DNA of 64,000 nt from Vicugna vicugna (taxonomy: Eukaryota). Below the pieces are notes generated by a model. It was not told the DNA's origin and ran no database searches. It saw only the letters and a program-made list of their open reading frames with translations. Made by a program: the position numbers and the translations under genes. Numbering within the stretch: the first letter of the stretch is position 1; each line of letters begins with the position of its first letter. Location: contig MU057744.1 of the NCBI GenBank assembly GCA_013265495.1, positions 1,701,524 to 1,765,523 on the forward strand. Direction: 5' to 3'. This document shows, in pieces, positions 12,534 to 23,966 of this stretch.

Positions 12534-14779
12534 GTAAGTCACAAAATGTAATTTTGGATTTCCTGTAAGTATGTCCCTACCACATTTCCTTTGACGTTAG
12601 AAAGGCAAAAAGAAGTGATGTGTGCTTTCCATGTATTTCTAAATGCGCACTGTCTGTTCTGTCCATCCCTCTTCAGTAAAACCCATTTCCTAAACCCCTG
12701 AAACCTACCCTGGAGTTTCACCTGGTGCCTAGTTCTTTGGTTATTGACACATAGTGCATCCATCCAGCCTCTTTCAGTTTTCCTGGGCTTTGGCAGTGCA
12801 GTTAGCGCAGACCTTGTGCTGCCATCGTGTAACAGGGGGGTGGGCACACCAGAACCTTTTTCTCATGGCACGCTTCCACAGCTTCTCTGTACACGGACCT
12901 TTCTTCTAATGTCTGTTGAGTCATTTGTCAGACCACAACCTCTGAGAGAATCCTTCAGCTCTTTCAAGAGAATCCCCCTGAACTAGATGATGACTAGAAT
13001 AGAAATAAGTACACATCGAAGTCAAGTGGAAATGCTGCTGCCTCAGCACAGCAAGGCCCACTCTGTGCTCACGGGAGGGTCCCAGCTCACCAGCCCCGCA
13101 GGGTGACAGGTTCCTAACCGGGCCTCAGCAAAGCAGCAGTTTTCCTAAACAGCAGAGTGCTCAGGAGTAGTTGAAAATCAGTTGTTTCTTTGACAGATGC
13201 CAAGCATCTACCATGTGCATTTTTATGAAAATTGTATCTTTCTGCCCTTAATTTCATGAAGATTGTGAAACTTGGGCATAATGGTAGGAAAGGTACTGCA
13301 TTACTGGTTTGCTTTTGTCAGAGAGATGCAAGATTTTATGCCCTTCTTACTGATAAAGGGAAGTTTGAGCGAGACCAGAACTAACTCTGAAAAGACGTCA
13401 GCATACTCAGGAGGCTGAGCAGGCAGTAGCCACACTCTAGTTCTGTTGCTTTGGAGGACACGGAATGGTAGAAGATGCCTCTGGTTCGACGTGTTCCCCA
13501 GAGATCTCCAGGGGAGACAGCAAGCGTGGTCCCCATCCTCTGTGGAGAAAGTAGGCAAAGCTGGTCAACTCCATTGGATAATCTGAGACAGGATGGGCAT
13601 CTGTACTTTGTTGTGGGGACCGAGCGGCGCTCTGGATGGGCACTTCGGTGGACCTCGGGTGAGCAATGAGTTGCTCCTTGTCTCTGTGGATGGAAAGCGC
13701 AGGTGGTCGCATTGTGAACACACTTGGTACTGGTCAGCTGCTTCCTCAAGACTTTAAGCAGGGAGGTGGGAATTTGCTGGTTTGTCCACTGATAGCATCT
13801 CAGCCCAGAAAGGAAAAAATTCAACCCGCTGAAGACCAATCAGTTATCTGATGGTGGAAACCCTTTTCAAGTAAAAAAGATGGCACGCAGTGGCATACAG
13901 CTTAATGGCAGAAAATTGGAAAAATGAAAAGAAATGCATATGCAATCCCAGCAAAATGTAATCAACCAAAATAAAATCCCAAAGAAGGAGGAAAATCTGA
14001 ACAGATAAATCACAGTGAAAGACACTTGGAAGGTTTTTCAAGATACGGCACTTAAAAAAGCAAAATATGTCTAACAAAAAGTGAGGAGAAAGAGGAAAAG
14101 TGAAAGGTGCTCTGATTGCTGCCTATGAAACAGTGGAAGTCGAAAAACTTTCTGAAAACTGCAAAACCAATTAATAAATAAGATATTTAATAGTAAAAGC
14201 CAAAGACTCCAATGTAATAAAGTTTACTAAAATAGAGTGGTGGACAAGAGGGAAGTTGGTGAAAGAAGGAAAGTGGGCATTTGTGCACTCAGGGATGTTT
14301 GGGGCTGACCTGACCTGGGCTGAGAGTGGGGACAGGCTGTCAGTTCGTGCCCTCCCAGAGCCTGTTGTGGGCGCTGGGAAGTGAGGGCCTTTCTTTCCCC
14401 TCTCCTTGGCCTTCTGAAGACAGTAGCTGCTACTGTTCTGTGATGGTAAGTCTCCCAGTTGAGTTGAGTTCTCTCCATAACTGATCTCGCTGAGAATCAG
14501 GACCCCCGTTTTACAGATGGAGAAACTAAGGGCCAGAGGGATACGTCCCTTGTCCACATCCCTGGACTGGGAGCATAGAAGAACCAGTGAACACGAGGTT
14601 ATCTCTGCCCCAAAGCACTGGCCAGGGTAGGTTTCAGTAACCCTGCACTGGCCAGTCACTCATTCACCCCTGGGCTGTCAGGGAGGCCACAGGGGCCTGG
14701 AGGTGCCCCATAGCTGCATGGTCTCCCCCACCCCCCCATAGGCTCCCAGGCAGCTGCCAGATGCTATTGTCCAGTTGTA

Positions 14780-14961
14780 GTCTCCCCCAAATCCTGCTGT
14801 TGCTGTAGAAATCTGAACACTGAGCTCTTCTTTCTCTTTTCATTATTTCTGTAACAGTCATGTTTCCATGGTCTCCAAAAATCCTGCTTTTGCTGTAAAA
14901 AGCTGAATTCTGACACAGTCCTTATCCTTTCATTCTTCCTGTAACAATCCTGATTTTCCAG
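14780..14961. repeat. Diverged tandem duplication, two copies of about 91 bp
   Basis: gtctcc...aaatcctgct.ttgctgta.aaa.ctgaa...tttcatt.tt.ctgtaaca.tc...tttcca occurs at 14780 and 14871. Confidence 0.8.
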
Positions 14962-16270
14962 GAGGGCAGTGGATGCCTCTGGAAAAACAGGAATCAGATT
15001 ATTCCAATGGAAACGCAACTGCAAAAGAGAAGAGTATAGTAACATGTTGCAGTAATTTCTTGCGTATTTACAATCCTTGATCCAGCTCCCTTCTATGTAT
15101 ATGATTACTTTTATTTTTAATGAGAAGGGTTGTCTTATAAAAATAAAATAAAACCTGTAATGTTACCTTCACCATTCTTTGTCATGGCAAAAAGATTGGT
15201 AAAGACTTAAATGTTCAACAAATAGAGTTGATAGCTAAGTGGTATTAGCTATCAGTGTACTGATCTGGAAAGATGTCTGTCATCTACTGTTGAGTGAAAA
15301 AGAAGAGCAGACTGTAATGCAGTTTAAAAATCTTATTTTTTTTTTTACTTTAAAAAATCCTGGTGTGTATGTGTGTGTGTGTGATTATATGTTAAATGGG
15401 GAAGAATCTACATTAATCTTTTTAACTTTGACTACTTTAGGAAGATCAAAATGGAAGGTGAATGGGAGTATGAGGGAACATTTTTTAACTTCTAAACAAT
15501 AAGCCTCTGGATTACTCTGCCTGTTTTAACAGCCATTTTTCCTTTGTAGCTAAAAAATCAGCCATTGCACTGACATACTTGGACATAAATTTTGTGCACA
15601 TTTTCATTTCTTTAGGAGGAGATCTAGAAATGGAAATACTGGCTCAAAAGCTATGAATATTTTAAAAATCTCTGGATAACAGTTCTTGCCGAAAGCAATA
15701 ACTTTTGAAACATTTCCCCCTAAATATCTCTGCTAATACTCTGTCAGTGTTAGAGTGTAGCTTGCATTTGAAGAATTTTTACTGACCAGATCCTTCTGTC
15801 ATCCCTGCTCAGAGGTTCTGTTTCTGGCTTTTGGCAGTTCTGTAATGTCACAGCTCACACTGAGAGTAGAGAGACTAGGATTCCAGCATTGCCTTTCAGT
15901 GAATGATTCAGTTTCTCTGAATCTGGTCTCCTGCCTGGAGCCCATGTTCATGGAACCTCTCTAATAGACGCGGGTTGTTGATAACCTGCTGTCAATTATC
16001 GTGATGAGAGTTGTATATGATAACATGGTTGAGAGTAGTGAAGGTGGAGGTGAAATCCAGGAAAACATTTTATTTTTAAAATCACAGAATTTTTTTTAAC
16101 ATCACTGACAGGTTAGGTAATAATGTGTTTTCTATGAGTTAGAGACTAACTATATTATTTCTTCCTTAAAATACTTTTTATTATATATAGTGCATAGTCA
16201 CTGTAGACAAATTTAAAAGGGAATACTACAAAAATATGGTAAGGGGAAAATTAAAATCATGTACCATCCA

Positions 16271-16413
16271 GGGGGGAGGGTATAGCTCAAGTGGTAGAGT
16301 GCATGATTAGCATGCACAAGGTCCTGGGTTCAATCCCCAGTACCTCCTCCAAAAAATAAATAACTAAACCTAATTACCTTCCCTTCAAAAAAAAAAAAAA
16401 AAACCTAAAAAAA
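16271..16413 (+). mobile_element. tRNA-derived SINE (camelid Vic-1-like), full length, with 16-bp target-site duplication
   Basis: tRNA-like head with A box TAGCTCAAGTGG and B box GGTTCAATCC, a taaacctaattacc tail and poly(A). TSD aaaatcatgtaccatc at 16253-16268 and 16414-16429. Confidence 0.9.
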
Positions 16414-17808
16414 AAAATCATGTACCATCTCATCCATCACTCAGAAACAACTATATTTTGTGTGTGTGTTTCAGTTTTTAGCAAATATATACATATTTGA
16501 TACTAATAAGTTAATTATTAAAATTAAAATTCATTCATCATGAAAAGTGCAATTACATAATAAAGAAGCATTGAACTTAGAACTAAAATAGAATTTTAAA
16601 AAGTGAACTCCTTGATTATAGATTGTATGTTTAAAAAAATTTTTTTTATATTGTCAAAATTTTAGAAAAGATGGTATAGCTAAACAGTTTCTTTCATCCT
16701 TTTGTAAATCATCACATTTAGTGATGGTCTTTGGTCTTTGAAATAAATATCAGGTCTACTTACTCAAAGGTGTATTTGGTATTTATTTTTCCCTGAGTAC
16801 CACTGACAGGTTGAAATTGCTTGCCATATTTTTGCATATTTTTGTTACTATTTCCAATGAAAATAATGAATACTTAAATTTCTGGAAGGCAAAGACATTT
16901 TTGTGTAACATATTTCTTCAATTCTTTATATACTTTGAGTGCACAATTAATAAATGACTATTTGATATAATTACTATGTTGTAAATCAAGTTTTCATAAC
17001 TGATGAAAAATTAAACTTTTTGGGTCAATTGAAAATACCAACTTTTATCTTGGATTCAGGGGTATGATTTGGGAAATTCTAAAGTGAAGATCGTCTCTCA
17101 TGAACCCTTATATTTATGTTAGCATTTCCTTACCTGTGGTTATGTGAGATGCTTTGAAATTATAAGCATGTTCTTAAAATGTACACTTTTAAAAATTGCA
17201 GATCTTTAAGATCATTCTTATTTAAAATTGTGAGAATGGCTTTAAAAACCTATTCTACTAGTTAATATAAAGAGCAATTTTCTTAACTTGTCTTTGGGAT
17301 ATCTTTGCACTAATGTGAACACTCACTAGCCAATCTCAAATTTAGGATTTGCAGAATAATCAACAATTGTTGATAACTGTATATACTGAGAATAAACAAA
17401 AAAGTGGAAGACAGTTTATAATATAACCTATGTTGGTCCTCCATTTCCCCCAGCTTTACTGATATATAATTGACATAAAATTAAGATGTCCAATGTGATG
17501 ATTTGATGCACGTATTTATTGCAAAATGCTTATGTTGGTCTTCTTTTAAAGAGAACGTTTTATATCATGAAGATTCAGTCTGATTCATACAGGTTTTCCT
17601 AGCTCTATTCTTCCCTTTCTCTATTCCTAGAATTTTTAACCATCACTTTCAAGCATGTTTAAATGTCAGTTTTAATCATAAGGTAGGTCATGCCAATCAC
17701 ACATGTAGTATACTGCCCCCAAGATGTCATTTTTTTTTAGATTAAAATGCCACTAAAATATTCCCTCTGGAAGTGATTTCCTCCAGTTTTTCCTCTCTCA
17801 TGCACCAT

Positions 17809-17870
17809 GAATTAGAAACCTTTTGCTGTTGAAATGATAGAATTAGAAACCTTTTGCTGTCGAAATGGTG
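17809..17870. repeat. Tandem duplication, 2 x 31 bp
   Basis: gaattagaaaccttttgctgttgaaatgata / gaattagaaaccttttgctgtcgaaatggtg (3 mismatches). Confidence 0.92.
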
Positions 17871-18057
17871 AAATACCAACCTCAAATAAGACTGCCAAGT
17901 GAGATTACAAGGATTATGGAGCAAATGGCAAAAATAGAACAAAACATTTTTAGGACATAGTTTACAGTATGTTATTTTTATTTTAGATTTTTATTCTTGT
18001 TTCAAAAAATGTTTAAGATGTTTTAAGACACATAGACCCACACAATGAAAGTAAGAG

Positions 18058-18197
18058 TAATAGCTCCCAATTTATTACATGCCAGAGGATGCGCTAAGCC
18101 CTTCACATGCATTTTCACATTCAATCCTAGTTCAAACCTGTGAGGCTTAGGTAACGGTTTACATCTTCATTATGCGGATGAAGATATTTAGGCTTCA
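18058..18197 (-). mobile_element. MIR fragment
   Basis: gcgctaagcccttcacatgcattttcacattcaatcct...cattatgcggatgaagatatttaggc is the reverse-strand MIR core. Confidence 0.65.
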
Positions 18198-18656
18198 TCC
18201 AAACTCTGAAACTTAGTAAAACCAAAGCCCCCTTTAATAGGAAGTTTTATGATTTAGTAATAGTAATAGCAGATGGAAAAGATACGTTCTCATCTGAGAT
18301 CGTCTGAATATTATAGTTGCTTAGTGATTGATTAAATAGCTAAAAATTAAAAGCATAATGGAGAATTTGGGCTTTCTTCTTACCAAAATAGTTACACAAA
18401 ATTATCAGTGGAGATGGATTTTGCATTTAATCAGGATTAAATTCAAAATAAATTCTTGCATTCAGGGTATTTCTCAGTGGGTTTTGATAGCATAATAGAA
18501 AATAATGCCAACTGCGGTTTTACAGAAGATACAGAAATTTATAGTTTCTATGCTGATATTTTTTAATTGCAGTAAGCATGAGAGGGAGCTCACAGAGGGA
18601 GGAAACCATCTGTAGTTAAGATGAGGTGTATCACTAGTTTGAATGACTGTGTGCAG

Positions 18657-18748
18657 CACTGTGTTTGTTGCAGCATCATTTACAATAGCCAAGGTATGGA
18701 AGCAACCAGAGTGCCCGTCAGCAGATGAATGGATAAAGAAGATGTGAG

Positions 18749-18786
<38 letters not shown>

Positions 18787-19246
18787 GCGCGCGCACGGAA
18801 TATTGCTCAGCCATGAAAAGAATGAAATGCTGTCATCTGTAATGGACCTAGAGGGTATTATGCTAAGTGAATAAGTCAGAGAAAGACAAGTACCATTTGA
18901 TCTCACGATATATATGTGGAATCTAAAAAAACAAAACAAATGAACTGACATAGCAAAACAGAATATACTTACAGACACAGAGAACAAACACATGTTGGTT
19001 GCCAGAGAGGGGAGGGAGGTGGGGAGATGAGTGACATAAGTGAGGGAGACTAAGAGGTACAAACTTCCAGGGATGAAATGAACAGTGTGAGGAAGGCAGT
19101 CAGTTATATTGCAGTACCTCCGTATGGTGACAGCTGTAACGAGACACATTGTAGTGATCACTGATTTATGTACAGAAATATTGAACAACTGTGTTCTGCA
19201 CCTGGAACCAACATAGCGTTGTAGGTCAGTTAAACTCTTAGAAAAA
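18657..19246 (+). mobile_element. L1 3' end (end of ORF2 plus 3' UTR, L1MA-like), interrupted by a CA microsatellite
   Basis: tttacaatagccaaggtatggaagcaacc...gatgaatggataaagaagatgtg...ctaagtgaataagtcagagaaagacaa...tgtggaatctaaaaaa. Confidence 0.88.
18751..18796. repeat. Compound microsatellite (AC)17(GC)5AC
   Basis: Read directly. Confidence 0.97.
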
Positions 19247-19629
19247 TGTAGACAATTAAAAATCAAGTTGCTAATGATGGTTATCTGGGGGAGATTATGG
19301 GTGATGGTTAATTTTTACTTTATACTTTTATGTATTTCTAGTTGTCTGCAAGGAATGTGTATTGCTTGTAAAATTAGAAAGAAAGCAATAAATGTTACTA
19401 AAAATGAAAAAAGAAAGACAGCAAAACAAAAACAAAAAGTGATGAGGTGTCTCAGTTGGAGTTCAGCCAGAGGGGAAAAGCTGTGTGAGTTGTGCGTATG
19501 GGAGGGGAGGTACTGCGTGCACCTGCTTTCTGAGACTGAGAGGCCTGGGTGGGTGAGCCTGGGTCCTCCGTGCAGTTGGCCTTGAGAGATCTTAAGCGGG
19601 ATAGGACCTGAGGCCCTTGCTCTCTGTAG

Positions 19630-19880
19630 TGTCTGAGCTCAGGGAAAGCCTGAGCCCTCTTTAAAGGCCTCACCTGATTAAGTCTCACTCACCCAGGATC
19701 ATCTCCCATCTTATTTGCTCAAAATCATTTGAATAGGGACATTAATTCCCTCTGCAAGATCTTTTCACCTGTGCTGTGTAACACGCCCTCATCATGGGGT
19801 GGTAGCCCATCATGTTGTTGGCTTGGTCCACACTGCAAGGGAGGGCATTCGAGTACACGATACTCGAGGGCTTCTCCTGA
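19630..19880 (-). mobile_element. MaLR LTR fragment (MLT1-like)
   Basis: tttaaaggcctcacctgattaagtc...cacccaggatcatctcccat...ggacattaattccctctgcaagatc resembles reverse-strand MLT1. Confidence 0.7.
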
Positions 19881-21523
19881 GGCTCTGTGACCTCCTTTCA
19901 TTGCCCCATGGGAGCCCTTCAAGGACCTTCCTAGTACAAGAAAAGTGTTAAAGCCCTTCTCTCCACAAACCCACCCATCGGCATGTCTCCTCATGACATT
20001 CCTGAACACCGGGGATAAAGCAAGCTATGTGTTTTTTGCTGCTCTGCTCTGGATGGGCCAAGTTTGGCCCGGCCTGTTGGTCCCAGTAATTTCTGTGACC
20101 CTCTAGTATTTTTAGACTCCTGTTTCACAGTGATCACCTCTTCTGTGCCAAAAGGTGACACGATCGAGAAGCAAATAAAAAAATATTCTTTCGACCTTTT
20201 AACTGTCCTAACTTTACCCATTATTTGACTTAAGGAGAGCTGGCTATTATAAAAACAAACACACGCCATCATCTAAGGATAAAAGCCTTTGTTTCCTTCC
20301 CATCAGCCACTTGGCAGAATAGTTTGGATACATTTAAGGAAGATTTCAATTAATGCTGGGAGAATCTCTGAACTTGGTCTGTGTAATAAAAACGTCATCC
20401 TACAGGACTAGTTTAAATTTCTTAATGAGTCTAATTTTATATAGCCAGTGCATAGAGATCACTTAATGAGGACAGTTGTTCAGAAATAGCTTTGACTTAG
20501 AAATGAGCCAGTCCGGTGTGCCCAGTGCCAAAATACCACTTATTATTATGTTTCAGGCTGATCTTTTATACTTCTGGAAGCCTTGCGATACTCAGTTGAA
20601 AATTAGGTTTTCCAAGCCTTCAAGAGTGGAATTGTTTGAAGGGTAGGACTGTGGGTAGTTTTTTCCCTGAAGAGCAGCTTTGGTTTTGGCAGGTGGTTAA
20701 CCTCGCCGGACTGAAACTCCAGTTCCTTTCTCTCTACTGCTGTGGGCAGCTGCTTATACAGTTTGTGCTTAGTTATTTCAGTTTTAGCTGCTGCCGTTAA
20801 CCTGGCCTCCCCTGAGCATGCATGGTATAGCGCAAGAATTTGGGCAAATTCTATCAACAGATTTTGCGGCTACCTCTTTCACCCAGGACTTAGCTCATCT
20901 AATTTTCTGCTCTTGAGCCCCAACGTGTGTCCTCTGACACCTGAGGTGTCAGTAAGCCGCTTTCACCTGCCTGAGCTGCAGGCAGAGGTGCAGGGCATGC
21001 CCCAAGCCAAAGGCAGCTTCTTATAAATCACCTGGCTACTCTTGTCTTCAGAAAGGTCTGCTGCCCGCTTTCTCTCTGCCTTTGGTCCCTCTCAAGTGCC
21101 TTCAAAGAGATTCTGAAAAATATTTCTCCCAAGTTTTACAGTTGTTATCTATGGGATGATTAGCCCAACTGACTGCTCCGTCATTTCCCAAAGCCAGAAT
21201 AAGTCAAAAGGAAAATAAATCTAAAAGGTGATACCAAAACTGAAGGCCACTAACCGATACACAGTGGCTAATACAGGGTTTTGTTAAGAATACTACTTGC
21301 CTAATCTGAGACACTTTATTTCTAGTAATACAGGCTAGTTTTCTGTCAGATGCTTTTACCACATAGTGGTTGGTCAAAGCATCTTGATTATTTTCACCTG
21401 AATTTGTCCTAAGCCTGAGCTACAGAAAATGATAGGAAATAGATAAAAGGAAAGAATGTGACTGGACTTTGTTCTTTTAAACATCAAGTAATCACACTGC
21501 CTTTTTTTCTCTCTAATGTCACC

Positions 21524-22053
21524 TTTTTTTAAATTGCAGTGTTGTTAATTTATAATGTTGCATTAGTTTCTGGTGTACAGCAAAGTGATTCAGTTATATG
21601 TATATATATTCTTTTTCAGATTCTTTTCCATTATAGGATATTACAAGATATTGAGTATAGTTCCCTTTACTGTACAGTAGATCCTTGGTTTTTTATCTAA
21701 TTTATATATGGAGTGTGGATATGTTAATCTCAAACTCCAAATTTATCCCTCCTCCCCTTTCCCCCAGGAACCTTAAGTTTGCTTTTCTGTGTGAGTCTTT
21801 TTTCTGTTTTGTAAATAAGTTCATTTGTGTCATTTTTTTAGATTCCACATGTAAGTGCTATCATGTGGTATTTGTCTTTCTCTCTCTGACTTACTTCACT
21901 TAGTATGATAATGCCCAGTCCATCCATGTTGCTACAAATGGCATTATTCCATTCCTTTTTGTGGATGAGTAGTATTCCATTGCGTGTATATATATGCACC
22001 ACACCTTCTTTTTCTACTCATCTCTCTGTGGACATTTAGGTTGCTTCCATGTC
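21524..22053 (-). mobile_element. 5'-truncated L1 3' end, antisense to RYR2
   Basis: T-run, tagtttctggtgtacagcaaagtgattcagttat...ttagattccacatgtaagtg...ctgacttacttcacttagtatgataat...ggacatttaggttgcttccatgtc. The 7-mer atgtcac at 21516-21522 and 22049-22055 may be a TSD or microhomology. Confidence 0.9.
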
Positions 22054-23299
22054 ACTCAACCAGTTCTTGAGGATCAGAGTAATTACAAAAACATGGTTAT
22101 TGTGAAGTTTCACAATTACAACTTCTAATCCAGAGAGTGATGTGAACTACTTCAATAAAAAGCACACAAAGCGTAACTTTGCAGGTAGTAACTGTGACTT
22201 CTCAAAACACAATCCACAGGCTTATAAATAGACTGCAAACTAATTTCCTTGGATAAAAGAAAATGCAAAAGTGTGAATGTTAGAGGCTCATTGTTTGATT
22301 CTGAGGAGATAATTGCATTGTTATATTTTTCCCTAGAATTTAATTTTCACATGTATAGGGTTGGTAGAAGTAGATTAGTAGCTCATCTTATTTGATAGAA
22401 TGAAATTGGAATGGTTTATTATCTGTTTTATTGTGGATTCTTAGAATAGTGTTTCAAATTATTTGCATAATGGGTAAATCAGCTTAACTTAATTGTATTC
22501 ACTTTCCTATATGACTTTGACCTTTTTACATTAAGAATTTCAACTCTTTTAAATTTTAATTTTCAATTGTTGATGGAGTACCCATAATTATTTTGGAGTT
22601 ACTAATTATTAGTACAGTGTGAAAATGACATGAGAAATCTATCAAACTTTTGTCTTACTTGAATTGTCCCTTTTTGTATAACAGACATAAAATTTACTCC
22701 AACCTAATCTTCAAAAAGTTATGTAACTGTTATTAATTTCAAACAACAGTCAAATAGCCAAAGACATAGAAGAAACTTAAAGTCAGTTGAACAAGGAATG
22801 TTAGAGCAAGAGGAAGAGTAAGAAGCCACAGAGGGAGGTATTGCAACCAGTAGAACATTGGTTTCTGTTTGTTTGTTTGTTGCTGTTATTTTAAGAACTA
22901 TAGAGAACTTGAAGATCAGAATGAAGCCTGGGAGGGAGAATGGAAAGGGAGCGTGTTGAAGATGGAAGCATTAAAATAAATAGGGATTTAAGGGAAACAT
23001 TTAGTTGGTATCAGAGGAGCGATTGTTCCCTCATAGCACAGGGAGCTCAGCGCAGCAGCCCTCTAGGAGTGAACGCCCCTGTGGTCCAGGTTAGAAACCT
23101 CAGTGGTGGGAACTGAACTGTAGCTTTGATTAGTTCAAAAGAAATCATCATTATCCCTAACACCCTTATGAAAAAGAAAGTCGTCATCATCATCATCAAC
23201 ACCGTTTTCGTGGTCAAAATCATTAAAATTAATTGAAGGGTTTATTTTAGTTCAGGGACTTTTCTGAAAACTTTTCATCCATTAGTCATTTTTTCTGAT

Positions 23300-23450
23300 A
23301 CTAGCTGGGAGATTCTTTTGTTAGCCTTATTTACAGATGAGAAAACTGAGGCTTAAAAAGGTTTACTTTACTTGCCCTGAGGTCACAGAGGTGATAAGGG
23401 GCAGAGACTGGACTCAAAATTTGATTTTATGTCCCCATACTTATGCTCTT
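23300..23450 (-). mobile_element. MIR fragment
   Basis: tttacagatgagaaaactgaggctt...acttgccctgaggtcacagag...ggcagagactggactcaaa is the MIR core. Confidence 0.8.
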
Positions 23451-23801
23451 AGTCATCAATAATAAAAATAATAATCTGGAAAGAATACGAAGCCTCACCT
23501 ACCAATTTTAATACCTCTGGTTTAGCGTTTGCCGTGAAGCAATATAAAATTTTGTGTTGAGGCCGAAATAAGTTTCTAGCAGTGTGAATAATTCGGGATT
23601 GTGAGATGTATTTTTGCAGTCTCCTACTTTGGTTCTGGTAGAGATCGAGCTGCTAGGAGAGGAGATTTTGACCATCATTATTTCTGAGGCCGTCAGAGGG
23701 TTGCATTTTTCATGGAACACATTTACAGCAAAGTTCTCTTGATGTTATAAACTCGTATTTTTTTTACCTGTTGCTTATCTTTTTTATTGTCTCTCTCTCA
23801 G

Positions 23802-23966
23802 GAAAAATTAGATGTAGGGGTGAGGAAAGAAGTTGATGGCATGGGAACGTCGGAAATAAAGTACGGGGACTCGGTGTGCTACATACAGCACATAAACAGT
23901 GGCCTGTGGCTCACCTACCAGTCTGTGGATGTGAAATCTGTGAGGATGGGATCCGTACAGCGTAAG
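23802..23966 (+). CDS. RYR2: RYR2 exon 13 (165 nt, phase 0-0): EKLDVGVRKEVDGMGTSEIKYGDSVCYIQHINSGLWLTYQSVDVKSVRMGSVQRK
   Basis: Acceptor ctctctcag|G, donor AAG|gtgaga; lies inside ORF 23787..24125. Confidence 0.97.

Noticed and set aside
13301..14659. Cluster of overlapping ORFs suggesting a nested gene or retrocopy
   Set aside because: No coherent protein, poly(A) or TSD; it more likely reflects a decayed ancient L1 5' region plus MIR pieces.
16271..16345. tRNA gene (tRNA-Ala-like cloverleaf); similar heads at 42285-42360 and 54579-54655
   Set aside because: Followed by SINE tails or poly(A), in two cases flanked by TSDs, and present as three diverged copies; these are SINE heads, not tRNA genes.
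17809..17870. CRISPR-like repeat (31-bp unit)
   Set aside because: Only two directly adjacent copies, no spacers, no cas genes, and a mammalian intron context.
18718..19266. 182-aa minus-strand ORF, the longest in the track
   Set aside because: Antisense reading of an L1 3' UTR plus the CA repeat; no protein similarity that I recognise.
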